Assembly: GCA_945873755.1 (NCBI GenBank)
Contig: CAMCEM010000001.1
Coordinates: 19,469 to 83,468 of the forward strand
Origin: Chitinophaga pinensis
GTDB taxonomy: Bacteria; Bacteroidota; Bacteroidia; UKL13-3
Reading direction: 5' to 3'
DNA: 64,000 nt
Below, piece by piece: positions 18,135-27,582 of the stretch. Numbering within the stretch: position 1 is the first letter of the stretch; every line of letters begins with the position of its first letter. The translations under genes and the position numbers were made by a program. The notes beneath the pieces were generated by a model. It did no database searches, was not told where the DNA came from, and saw only the letters and a list, made by a program, of their open reading frames with translations.

Positions 18135-19538
18135 ATGATGGATGGTGAAGATTATTTAAGCGAGGACGTAAGCAACGATGTACAACGTTACGAAAAAATG
18201 CTCCGTAATAAAACTACAGAATATTTTGAAGCTGAAAGCCTAGAAGAAATTATAGATTATTATATTCAAACCAATAAGCTAAAAAAAGCATTTGCAACAG
18301 TAAATTATGCTTTAAATATTTATCAGTCTCACTCCGAATTTACATTACAAAAAGCCGAAATTTATATTTTAGGAGAAAGGTATGAAAATGCATTACTAGA
18401 ACTTGAAAAAGTAGAACGTTACGAACCTTTTAATACCGATTTGTATTTATTGAAAGGAGAAACATTTTTAAATTTAAAACAATTTAACGATGCAGAATTA
18501 TGTTTTAACCTTGCTTTAAACTATACTGACGAAAGATTAGACATGCTTTTTGAAATTGCATATGTTTACGAAGATTCTGATATGTTTAGTAAAGCAATTG
18601 AATATTTTACCATATTAATTGATGAGTTCCCTTTAATTGACCAATCGTACTATGAAATAGGTCATTGTTTTAACCAGTTGGGCGAATACGAAAAGGCAAT
18701 TTATTTTTATAAAAAACTAATTGATAACGACCCTTACAGTACAACAGCTTGGTATAACTTAGGCATTATTTATTACAAAACCGATAGATTTGAAGAAGCT
18801 CTTGATGCTTATGAATATTGCTTGGCAATAGATGAAGAATTTACTGCTGCTAAGTTTAATAAAGCCAATGTATTGGTAGAACTAGAAAGATATGACGAAG
18901 CAATAAAGGAATATAAAAGCGGTATAGAAGAAGATGGTGTGGATAGCATTACTTATTGCAACCTAGGCGGGTGTTATGAAAGAATGGATAGGCTAGAAGA
19001 TGCTCGCGAAAACTACAAGCACGCTACTGATTTAAATCCAAATATTGCTGAAGCGTGGTTTGGAATAGGACTAACCTACGAAAAAGAAAATAAAAACAAA
19101 GAAGCGCTGCCCTTTTACCTAAGGGCCAGTATGCTTGATCCTGAAAACACAGAATATTTGTTGGTTCTTGGTGAAACACAATATAGACTTAATCAAATAG
19201 AAAACTGTGAAGAAACGTATGCAAAACTGGTTGAATTAGATACAACAATGATGGAAGCGTGGCTTGATTGGAGTTTTGTTAAATACAGTCAAGAAAATGT
19301 AAAAGATGCAAGCGAAATGTTAATGGAGGCTTTAAAAACCAACTACGATTGCCATCAGTTTCATTACAGATTGGTTTGTTATTTATACGAACTAGGAAAA
19401 ATAGAAGAGGCCAAAAAGCATTTGGAAATAGGTCTTTTACTTAAATTTGAAGATTATTTTTTAATGTACGAAATTGTTCCTCGTTTAATAGAAAGTGCAG
19501 CCTTAACTGAAATAATAGAAAGTTATAGGAATAATTAA
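18135..19538 (+). CDS. tetratricopeptide-repeat (TPR) protein
   Basis: 467 aa with many 34-aa repeats of the A..Y/F..A...P type (e.g. AWYNLGIIYYKTDRFEEALDAYEYCLAIDEEF). Confidence 0.8.
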   Translation: MMDGEDYLSEDVSNDVQRYEKMLRNKTTEYFEAESLEEIIDYYIQTNKLKKAFATVNYALNIYQSHSEFTLQKAEIYILGERYENALLELEKVERYEPFNTDLYLLKGETFLNLKQFNDAELCFNLALNYTDERLDMLFEIAYVYEDSDMFSKAIEYFTILIDEFPLIDQSYYEIGHCFNQLGEYEKAIYFYKKLIDNDPYSTTAWYNLGIIYYKTDRFEEALDAYEYCLAIDEEFTAAKFNKANVLVELERYDEAIKEYKSGIEEDGVDSITYCNLGGCYERMDRLEDARENYKHATDLNPNIAEAWFGIGLTYEKENKNKEALPFYLRASMLDPENTEYLLVLGETQYRLNQIENCEETYAKLVELDTTMMEAWLDWSFVKYSQENVKDASEMLMEALKTNYDCHQFHYRLVCYLYELGKIEEAKKHLEIGLLLKFEDYFLMYEIVPRLIESAALTEIIESYRNN

Positions 19539-19975
19539 AAAGTTGAATTTTCCACTTTATTTATTACATCCCAGCTGTGGTCGCCTAGTAATTTAACACT
19601 TGCCACATATTTTCCAGTAGGTTTACTTCTGCCCCACTCTGTGGGCCCTATTAACGATAATTTATAATATTCATCTTTTTCGTACAAATGATAAATTTGG
19701 TTAATCGTTGGAGTAAACTTTAAATCGCTTTGATAAATTTGCTCTGAAATTTTAAGACGGGCTTCTATTTCACGCACTTGTGAAACAATTAAATCGGCTT
19801 GTTTTTTTAACAATGCAATTTCTTGGTTTGCATAGTGATGCATTGCTTCAACAGCGTTGGCCTTTATTTTATTTTTATCCTCAGGGCGAATTACAGGCGA
19901 ACTTACGCTCATTGGTATTGGCGACAAGTTTGCAGCTCCAGTATAGTATTCTGTTTCGGTATTTTTATCAGTCAT
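19535..19975 (-). CDS. conserved hypothetical protein
   Basis: 146-aa ORF convergent with the TPR gene; the two stop codons share TTAA at 19535-19538. No motif recognised. Confidence 0.45.
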   Translation of the reverse strand: MTDKNTETEYYTGAANLSPIPMSVSSPVIRPEDKNKIKANAVEAMHHYANQEIALLKKQADLIVSQVREIEARLKISEQIYQSDLKFTPTINQIYHLYEKDEYYKLSLIGPTEWGRSKPTGKYVASVKLLGDHSWDVINKVENSTF

Positions 19976-20188
19976 TTAATAAGTATAAAGCAAAAATAAG
20001 TATTTATGTTTTAATACTACAAAAATCATTTAATACTTATGATAAATTTTTTTTAAGTAAAAAACCCGTTCTAATAACTCTCCTATTGGTATTTACCTCT
20101 TTAAAAATAGTTTAACAACTATTTAACTTAGGTATTAACATCATTTTATAAATTACAAAAATCCGTTTCCCTTAACCTTAATCTTTCC

Positions 20189-20196
20189 TATATTTG
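20189..20196 (+). promoter_or_regulatory. Bacteroidota -7 promoter box (TAnnTTTG)
   Basis: TATATTTG lies 14 nt upstream of the gltX ATG, which implies a very short leader. Confidence 0.5.
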
Positions 20197-20210
20197 CACA
20201 GTATATTTTT

Positions 20211-21740
20211 ATGACAGAAAGAAAAGTAAGGGTAAGGTTTGCTCCCAGTCCAACCGGAGCATTGCATATAGGCGGAGTTAGAACGGCTTTGTATAATTAT
20301 TTATTTGCAAAAAAACATGGAGGTGATTTTATTTTGCGAATAGAAGATACCGACCAAGGAAGGTTTGTGCCCGGGGCAGAGCAATACATTATAGAAAGTT
20401 TAAAATGGGTAGGCATTGAGCCCAATGAAGGAGTTGGTTTTGGAGAAGGAATATATGCACCATACAAACAAAGCGAACGAAAAGCAATGTATAAACAATA
20501 TGTTGACCAACTGTTAAACGATGGCTATGCATATTATGCTTTTGATACTGCCGAAGAACTAGATGCCATGCGCGAAAGATTAAAAGCTTCGAATGTTGAC
20601 TCAAAGTATGATGCCATTACGCGAACTACTATGATTAACAGCTTAACATTGCCAGAAGACGAAACAAAACGAAGACTTGAAAATGGCGATGCTTACGTGG
20701 TTAGAATAAAATTACCAAGAAAAGAAGAAGTTAAATTTCACGATGAAATAAGGGGTTGGGTACATGTAAATACCTCCACTATGGATGATAAGGTTTTATA
20801 TAAATCTGATGGAATGCCAACTTACCACATGGCAAATATTGTTGATGATTATAGCATGCAAATTACTCATGTAATTCGTGGAGAGGAATGGTTGCCATCA
20901 GCACCACTTCATGTGCTTTTATACCGCTATTTAGGTTGGGAAAGTATAATGCCAAAGTTTGCCCACTTGCCTTTATTATTAAAACCCGATGGAAATGGAA
21001 AATTAAGCAAAAGAGATGGTGATAAATTGGGTTTCCCAGTATTTCCATTAGAGTGGAAAGATCCCAATACCGGAGAAGTTTCGAGCGGATACAAACAAAG
21101 TGGTTATTTGCCCGAAGCAGTTATAAATTTATTGGCATTTTTGGGTTGGAATCCGGGCACACATCAAGAATTATTTACTTTGCCTGAATTAGTAGAGGCA
21201 TTTACATTAGACAGAGTAAGTAAACACGGTGCTAAATTCGATCAAAACAAAGCCAAATGGTATAACCAACAGTATATTAGAAAAGTAGATAATAAAATAT
21301 TGGTTGAAGAATTGCAAAAGCAATTGGAGTTTTATAACATAAAAGCAGTGGAAAAATACATAGAAAAAGTATGTGCTTTGGTTAAAGAAAAAATTAGCTT
21401 TGTAAAAGAACTTTGGGACTATAGCAATTATTTTTTTGTAGAACCCAGTGTGTATGACGAAACGGTTATTAAAAAACGATGGAATGAAAAATCGCCTTTG
21501 GTTTTAAACGACTTAATAGAACTTTTAATAGGAACTACTAACTTTACACATGCCAATATAGAAACGGCTTACAACCATGCGTTAGATAGAAACGAGGTGA
21601 CAAGTAAAGATTTTTTACAAATGTTTAGGGTTTGCTTAACAGGAGTTGCAGGTGGGCCGCCCATTTTTGAAATGGCTGAATTGTTTGGCAAAGAATCAAC
21701 TATAAATAGGTTAGAAAACGCCAAAAAAAGAATAAAATAA
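20211..21740 (+). CDS. gltX: glutamate--tRNA ligase
   Basis: PSPTGALHIGG (HIGH) and KLSKRD (KMSKS). 509 aa. Confidence 0.95.
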   Translation: MTERKVRVRFAPSPTGALHIGGVRTALYNYLFAKKHGGDFILRIEDTDQGRFVPGAEQYIIESLKWVGIEPNEGVGFGEGIYAPYKQSERKAMYKQYVDQLLNDGYAYYAFDTAEELDAMRERLKASNVDSKYDAITRTTMINSLTLPEDETKRRLENGDAYVVRIKLPRKEEVKFHDEIRGWVHVNTSTMDDKVLYKSDGMPTYHMANIVDDYSMQITHVIRGEEWLPSAPLHVLLYRYLGWESIMPKFAHLPLLLKPDGNGKLSKRDGDKLGFPVFPLEWKDPNTGEVSSGYKQSGYLPEAVINLLAFLGWNPGTHQELFTLPELVEAFTLDRVSKHGAKFDQNKAKWYNQQYIRKVDNKILVEELQKQLEFYNIKAVEKYIEKVCALVKEKISFVKELWDYSNYFFVEPSVYDETVIKKRWNEKSPLVLNDLIELLIGTTNFTHANIETAYNHALDRNEVTSKDFLQMFRVCLTGVAGGPPIFEMAELFGKESTINRLENAKKRIK

Positions 21741-21747
21741 TATCGTT

Positions 21748-22377
21748 ATGAAAAAGAATTTTGTATTACTTTTTGTTTCAACAATGCTTTTGTTTGCCTG
21801 TGGCAATAACAATTATTTTGACAGATGGCCAGGCCAAAAACTCAACTCTTTTCCTGCCGAAATGCAAGGGAACTACAAGTTAAATGTTGGATTTTTTTCT
21901 GATATTTTTTCGAAAAAAAAAGACAGTATTTTATTTTTAACTATTGATGAAAATAGTATTCACGAAATAAATAAAGACGTGAACTTTGAAAATTTATTGA
22001 GCGATAGTTTGGTACTTTCTAAGCTTGGAAAATATTATATAATCAGCTCAAAAAAAACGGATAATAACGGATATTGGACCATTGGGTATTTTACAATGGT
22101 AAAAGGAGGAATGAATTACAGTCCGTATTTAGGAGTTGATAAAGTGAAGGAAGATAATTTGGCGAAATATTTAAATTTGGTTGCTACCTACAAAACAGGA
22201 AAAACTTTGGTAAATGCATTGCCTTTAAAGGACAGACAAGTTTTTTATTCAACAAGTTCTGATACCATAAAATATTATGAAATGGATGATACTCCTTTTT
22301 TAGAATTTTTAGAAAACGAAAAGGCCCAAACCATTATTAAGTTTAATAAAATTTACCCTAAAAAGAAAAAGAAATAA
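21748..22377 (+). CDS. hypothetical lipoprotein
   Basis: Signal peptide ends in LFACGNN (lipobox). 209 aa. No family recognised. Confidence 0.5.
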   Translation: MKKNFVLLFVSTMLLFACGNNNYFDRWPGQKLNSFPAEMQGNYKLNVGFFSDIFSKKKDSILFLTIDENSIHEINKDVNFENLLSDSLVLSKLGKYYIISSKKTDNNGYWTIGYFTMVKGGMNYSPYLGVDKVKEDNLAKYLNLVATYKTGKTLVNALPLKDRQVFYSTSSDTIKYYEMDDTPFLEFLENEKAQTIIKFNKIYPKKKKK

Positions 22378-22785
22378 ATGCAAAGACCAGTTAGAGTTTT
22401 AGTGGCTAAAGTAGGATTAGATGGCCACGACAGAGGGGCTAAAGTAATTGCAACTGCCCTTCGCGATGCGGGTATGGAAGTTATATATACAGGCTTGCGC
22501 CAAACGCCCGAAATGGTTGTTCAAGCAGCTTTGCAAGAAGATGTTGATGCAATAGGAGTAAGTATTCTTTCAGGGGCGCACAATACTGTTTTTCCAAAAT
22601 TGCTACACTTAATGAAACAAGAAGGAATGAACGATGTGTTATTAACTGGTGGCGGAATTATTCCAAACGAAGACATTGAAGAATTAACAAAATTAGGTGT
22701 TGGAAAACTATTTACACCCGGCACACACACCCACGAAATAGCCGAATACATTAAAGAATGGGTAAAAACAAATAGGAGTTTTTAA
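22378..22785 (+). CDS. stand-alone cobalamin-binding domain protein (methylmalonyl-CoA mutase C-terminal domain type)
   Basis: [17 protein letters not shown] carries the DxHxxG B12-binding motif. 135 aa. The ATG directly follows the upstream TAA. Confidence 0.85.
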   Translation: MQRPVRVLVAKVGLDGHDRGAKVIATALRDAGMEVIYTGLRQTPEMVVQAALQEDVDAIGVSILSGAHNTVFPKLLHLMKQEGMNDVLLTGGGIIPNEDIEELTKLGVGKLFTPGTHTHEIAEYIKEWVKTNRSF

Positions 22786-22808
22786 GGTAGAATTTAACAA
22801 ATAGTTAC

Positions 22809-23095
22809 CCGTCTGACGCCATGGCACCGCAAAGGCTTTTTAATCGTCTGACGGAAGTTGACTTTTTTGTCCTCGGTTGGTTGCCGATAGCTATCGGTAC
22901 TCACCAATCGTAAAATTTCTTTCAATCCGTCTGACGCCTTGGCACCGCAATGGCTTTCTAAGCGTCTGACGGAAGTTGACTTTTTTGTCCTCGGTTGGTT
23001 ACCGATTGCTATCTGTACTCACCAATCGTAAAATTTCTTTCAATCCGTCTGACGCCTTGGCAGCGCAAAGGCTTTTTAAGCGTCTGACGGAAGTG
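22809..23095. repeat. 118-bp tandem repeat, about 2.4 copies, GC-rich and intergenic
   Basis: Units start at 22809, 22927 and 23045. Each unit carries two copies of CGTCTGACG 35 nt apart, and copy 1 has a perfect palindrome ccgatagctatcgg. Confidence 0.9.
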
Positions 23096-23136
23096 GCAAA
23101 ACTATACGGTTTAAAAACAGGATAGGTTTTAATAAA

Positions 23137-23640
23137 CTAATAGCCAATTATTTTTCTGCCTTTTTCTACTATTTCAGCTTTCTTTTCTACTTCCACTTTC
23201 ATTTTGTCCTTATATTCTTGAAGTGTAATTGCTATAGTTTCATTGTTTGTACCCAGTATTTGTGCAGCTAAAATTCCAGCATTTTTTGCATTGTTTATAG
23301 CAACTGTCGCCACAGGTACTCCAGCAGGCATTTGAACAATAGAGAGCAATGAATCTAATCCATCCATGGTTTTTAGTTTTACAGGCACTCCAATTACAGG
23401 CAAAGTAGTAATACTTGCCACCATTCCTGGTAAGTGAGCTGCACCACCCGCACCAGCAATAATTACTTTTATTCCCCTTCCTTTTGCTTCTTTGGCAAAA
23501 GTAAACATGCGCTCAGGAGTTCTGTGGGCCGAAACTACGGTAATTTCGTATGCTATTTTAAAATCATCTAAAATATTGGCAGCTTCTTTCATTACTTCCA
23601 AATCGCTATCGCTACCCATAATTATTGCTATTTCTTTCAT
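23137..23640 (-). CDS. purE: 5-(carboxyamino)imidazole ribonucleotide mutase
   Basis: [13 protein letters not shown]...[14 protein letters not shown] prefer the internal ATG at 23640 to the track start at 23679. Confidence 0.9.
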   Translation of the reverse strand: MKEIAIIMGSDSDLEVMKEAANILDDFKIAYEITVVSAHRTPERMFTFAKEAKGRGIKVIIAGAGGAAHLPGMVASITTLPVIGVPVKLKTMDGLDSLLSIVQMPAGVPVATVAINNAKNAGILAAQILGTNNETIAITLQEYKDKMKVEVEKKAEIVEKGRKIIGY

Positions 23641-23663
23641 TTTATTTAATTTTAAGCAAACAT

Positions 23664-23691
23664 AAAAAAAGCTGCTCAAAAAGCAGCTTTT
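23664..23691 (-). terminator. rho-independent terminator after the enoyl-CoA hydratase gene
   Basis: agctgct-caaaa-agcagct stem-loop, followed on the minus strand by a T7 run. Confidence 0.65.
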
Positions 23692-23705
23692 ATATTTAAC
23701 TATTA

Positions 23706-24497
23706 TTAGTTTCCTTTAAAATTCGCAGGTCTGCGTTCTAAAAAGGCTTTGGTTCCTTCTATAAAATCTTCGCTGCCAAAAAAGTTTCCAAACTCGTTTA
23801 TTTCCACATTATTTCCATCGGCACGCTTTTCGTAATAAGCATTAACACAGCGTATAACACTCGCAATTGCCAAAGGCGACTTGGTTTTTACTTTTTCTAA
23901 AATTTCTTCACACTTCGCAATTAAATTATCTTGCGGAACAACATGGTTAACCAAACCTAATTGCAATGCAGTTTGAGCATCAATCATATCAGCAGTCATT
24001 AAAAACTCCAACGCGCGTCCGCGGCCAATTAATTGAGCCAAACGTTGTGTTCCAGCATAACCAGGTGTTATTCCTAGGTTTACTTCAGGCTGCCCAAACT
24101 TAGCGTTTTCGGCTGCTATGCGTAAGTGGCAACTCATGGCCAATTCGTTTCCACCTCCTAATGCAAAACCATTAATGGCAGCTATAACCGGCTTTGGGCA
24201 ATTTTCAATGGCACGCAATACTGCATGGCCTTCGGCACTCATTTTGGTTCCTTCTTCTACATTAAACTCAGCAAACTCGGCTATATCAGCTCCAGCAGCA
24301 AAAGCTTTTTTACCACTTCCTGTTAATATTACTCCCCTTACCTCAGCGCTATCATAAATACTTATCACCGCATTTTTTATATCGGTAAGTGTTTGAATAC
24401 TTAATGCATTTAATTTTGATTCGCGGTTAATGGTTATGTAAAAAATATTGTTTTTTACTTCTGTTAAAATGGTTTGATACATATTTTGAGTTTGCAT
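23706..24497 (-). CDS. enoyl-CoA hydratase/isomerase (crotonase family)
   Basis: [10 protein letters not shown] and [19 protein letters not shown] motifs. 263 aa. Confidence 0.9.
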   Translation of the reverse strand: MQTQNMYQTILTEVKNNIFYITINRESKLNALSIQTLTDIKNAVISIYDSAEVRGVILTGSGKKAFAAGADIAEFAEFNVEEGTKMSAEGHAVLRAIENCPKPVIAAINGFALGGGNELAMSCHLRIAAENAKFGQPEVNLGITPGYAGTQRLAQLIGRGRALEFLMTADMIDAQTALQLGLVNHVVPQDNLIAKCEEILEKVKTKSPLAIASVIRCVNAYYEKRADGNNVEINEFGNFFGSEDFIEGTKAFLERRPANFKGN

Positions 24498-24593
24498 TCT
24501 TATTTTTTAAAAATTTTGCGTGCAACAATAATGATTTTGATTAAAAAGGAAGTAATTTATTTAAAAAATTAATACACACTTTTTAAATACACG

Positions 24594-25046
24594 CTACTTA
24601 ACCAAAAACGCACTTATCCTTTTCTTTAAATCTTCATCTTTTAAAGTAACAATTGCTTTTTCAAGAAAGGCTTTATCGGCTTGTACGTTTTTTTTGTAAT
24701 TTAAAAACGAAGGACTATTTACTGAACAACTATAACGCAAATATATTAACTCAGGGCTATTTGGTTGCAATTCAATGGCTTTTTCAAGGTCAGTTTTTCC
24801 AGCATTAAAGCTGTTTAGTTTGTTTAATGGATTAAAATAATGTTTTGCTAAAATCATTTTTAAAGCACCTTTATAACCTCTTTCTAAAGGAGTAATATTG
24901 GTTTTTAATTCTAAAGTAGCTACCATTTTTTCGGCTAAAGCTTTATTGTTTATTGCTTTTTCGTACTGATTTCTAAAATCAACGTCAGCAAAAATTAGTT
25001 TTGAAGTAAACAAAATAAAGAATAATAGGAAAACTGGTTTGAACAT
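24594..25046 (-). CDS. hypothetical secreted protein
   Basis: 150 aa with an N-terminal signal-like helix. No motif recognised. Confidence 0.4.
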   Translation of the reverse strand: MFKPVFLLFFILFTSKLIFADVDFRNQYEKAINNKALAEKMVATLELKTNITPLERGYKGALKMILAKHYFNPLNKLNSFNAGKTDLEKAIELQPNSPELIYLRYSCSVNSPSFLNYKKNVQADKAFLEKAIVTLKDEDLKKRISAFLVK

Positions 25047-25073
25047 ATTTTGTATTTAAACATAAATATAAAA

Positions 25074-25910
25074 CTACAACAAATTAAAACTATGGCGAAA
25101 ATATGAACCAAAAAACAAAGCATATTTCTTTTTATCAGAAATTCGAACTCTGTTCTCCATAATTGATTCTGCAGGCAAATCCATAATTTTACTTAATAAC
25201 TGTGAGTAATAAATATAAGCTACATAAACACCAAAACGAGCATCTTTAGGAAGTTTTTTTATTCCTTCATAGCCCATTTTAAAATCGTTTAAAATGTCAT
25301 CTTCTATTTCCTCTTTTGTTTCTGTGTTAAAACCATTTGAACGCAATTGAGGAAAATAAACTCTGCCAAGTGCTTCAGAATCTGCTTTAAAATCGCGCAA
25401 GAAGTTTATTTTTTGAAAAGCCGATCCTAATTTCATGGCATAAGGTTTTAACTCTTCGTATACGGTTTTGTTTCCTTCGGTAAAAACACTTAAACACATT
25501 AAACCAACTACTTCGGCCGAGCCTAATATGTATTCTTCATATTTTAATTGGTCGTATTGGCTTTTTTCTAAATCCATTTCCATACTTTTTAAAAAAGTTT
25601 CAATGGTCCAATGGTCAATATTGTATTTATTTACAACGTCTTGAAATGAATTTAATATTGGATTTAAACTAATTTTTTGTTCAATGGCTTTATAAGTGTC
25701 AATTTTAAAATCGGATAATAGTTGTTTTTTATCAAAATTATGAAAAGAGTCTACTATTTCATCAGCCAAACGCACGAAACCATACACCCCATAAATTGGG
25801 TCGTGGAAACGGTTTGCCAAAAATTTAATTCCCATTGAAAAGGAAGTACTGTATGTTTTGGTTACCAATTTGCTGCTCATTCGAGAAACATTATCGAACA
25901 ATAGTTTCAT
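25074..25910 (-). CDS. crtB: phytoene synthase
   Basis: YGFVRLADEIVD and LGSAFQKINFLRDFKAD (squalene/phytoene synthase signatures). Adjacent to crtI. Confidence 0.85.
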   Translation of the reverse strand: MKLLFDNVSRMSSKLVTKTYSTSFSMGIKFLANRFHDPIYGVYGFVRLADEIVDSFHNFDKKQLLSDFKIDTYKAIEQKISLNPILNSFQDVVNKYNIDHWTIETFLKSMEMDLEKSQYDQLKYEEYILGSAEVVGLMCLSVFTEGNKTVYEELKPYAMKLGSAFQKINFLRDFKADSEALGRVYFPQLRSNGFNTETKEEIEDDILNDFKMGYEGIKKLPKDARFGVYVAYIYYSQLLSKIMDLPAESIMENRVRISDKKKYALFFGSYFRHSFNLL

Positions 25911-25963
25911 AGGGTAGAAATACTTTTAATACACAATTATAAGGATTTTTAAATAAAAAAGTT

Positions 25964-27457
25964 TTAATCATTCGCTAAAAAATCTTTTACAATTAAATTA
26001 GCAGCCACATTGCCGCTAATAATACTTGGCGGAACTCCTGGCCCAGGAACTGTTAACTGACCTGCAAAATACAAATTATTCAATTTATTACTTTTAATTC
26101 GGGGTTTTAAAATGGCAGTTTGGGTTAATGTATTTGCTAAACCATAAGCATTTCCTTTGTACGAAAAATAGTCAGACTTAAAATCGTTGATACCAAAACT
26201 GCGTTTGTAAACCACATTTTCTTTAATACTTTGTCCTGTAAATTTCTCTAAACGTTCCATCATCATATCAAAGTAAAGTTCACGTTTTTCCTCCGAATCG
26301 TCAGTTAACTCGGTAGAGATTGGCACCAACAAAAATAAATTTTCGTGTCCATGTGGAGCAGCTGTATCATCGGTTTTTGAAGTAACAGAAGCATAAAACA
26401 ATGGGTTTTCTGGCCATTTAATATTGGTATAAATTTCATCAGCATGTTTGTTAAAATCAGTATCAAAAAATAAATTGTGGTGTAACAAACCGTCAATTTT
26501 TTTATTTAATCCCACATAATATAAAACACAACTAGGAGCTAATTTTCTATCGTTCCAATATTTTGGAGAATATTGTTTGTCTTTGTCATTTAGTAAATTT
26601 TGTTCAATGTGGTTATAATCACCTGCTGCAACAACTACATCGGTTTCAAAAGTTTCATTTTCGGTTTCAACCGATACCACTTTGCCATTTAAAGAGTTAA
26701 ATTTTTTAACTGTCGCATTTAGCTTGAACGTAACACCTTGTTGCTTTGCAATACTTTCAAAGGCTTCAACAAATTTAAACATCCCACCATTCGGATACCA
26801 AGTTCCTAGGCTCATATCTGCATAATTCATTAAACTATACAAAGCAGGAGTATTGCTTGCCAAAGCACCCAAAAACAAAACGGGAAACTCCAATAGTTCA
26901 ACTAAAAAAGGATGGGTAACAAATTGGCTAATATGCTTTTTCATACTAGTGAGCACATCCATTTTTAAAAGCCCGTTTAGCAACCTTATGTCTGCGTATT
27001 CAAACAAACTTAAACTTGGTTTATAAACTAAATCGTTAATACCAACTTCGTATTTATAAGCAGCCTCTTTTAAAAACTTTTGCAATTTTTTACTGCTTCC
27101 GGGTTCAAAACGTTCAAAAAGCGCTTCAATTCCAGGCATATCAGCAGGAATGTCAATACCTTCACCATTTTTCCAAATTACTTTGTAGCTAGGGTCTAAC
27201 CTTATTAATTCATAGAAATCGGAAGTGGTTTTACCAAAATCGTTGTAAAACTTTTCAAACACATCGGGCATCCAATACCAACTAGGACCCATATCAAAAG
27301 TAAAACCATCGGATTTAAACTGACGGGCTCGCCCACCAACAGAACTATTTTTTTCAATAATTGTAACCGAAAATCCTGCTTTAGCTAGGTACGAAGCCGC
27401 ACTCATTCCTGCAATTCCTGCGCCTATAACTACCGCTTTTTTATTTTTAATTGTCAA
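25964..27457 (-). CDS. crtI: phytoene desaturase
   Basis: VVIGAGIAGMSAASYLAKAGFSVTIIEK FAD fold, a C-terminal GQLTVPGPGVP motif, 497 aa. Confidence 0.9.
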   Translation of the reverse strand: MTIKNKKAVVIGAGIAGMSAASYLAKAGFSVTIIEKNSSVGGRARQFKSDGFTFDMGPSWYWMPDVFEKFYNDFGKTTSDFYELIRLDPSYKVIWKNGEGIDIPADMPGIEALFERFEPGSSKKLQKFLKEAAYKYEVGINDLVYKPSLSLFEYADIRLLNGLLKMDVLTSMKKHISQFVTHPFLVELLEFPVLFLGALASNTPALYSLMNYADMSLGTWYPNGGMFKFVEAFESIAKQQGVTFKLNATVKKFNSLNGKVVSVETENETFETDVVVAAGDYNHIEQNLLNDKDKQYSPKYWNDRKLAPSCVLYYVGLNKKIDGLLHHNLFFDTDFNKHADEIYTNIKWPENPLFYASVTSKTDDTAAPHGHENLFLLVPISTELTDDSEEKRELYFDMMMERLEKFTGQSIKENVVYKRSFGINDFKSDYFSYKGNAYGLANTLTQTAILKPRIKSNKLNNLYFAGQLTVPGPGVPPSIISGNVAANLIVKDFLAND

Positions 27458-27582
27458 AATATTTAATCCTAATTTATTTTAAATAACTATTAGTAAAGGA
27501 AAAGGTTTTTTTTCAATTTTCAAGAATTTTTAAAAATTATTATTAAATAAAATATCTTGCGCCTAAGATACAAAACTTTACA

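Noticed and set aside
22809-23095. The 118-bp tandem repeat, considered as a CRISPR array.
   Set aside because: The units are directly adjacent with no unique spacers. The unit length is far outside the CRISPR repeat range, and no cas genes are in the window.
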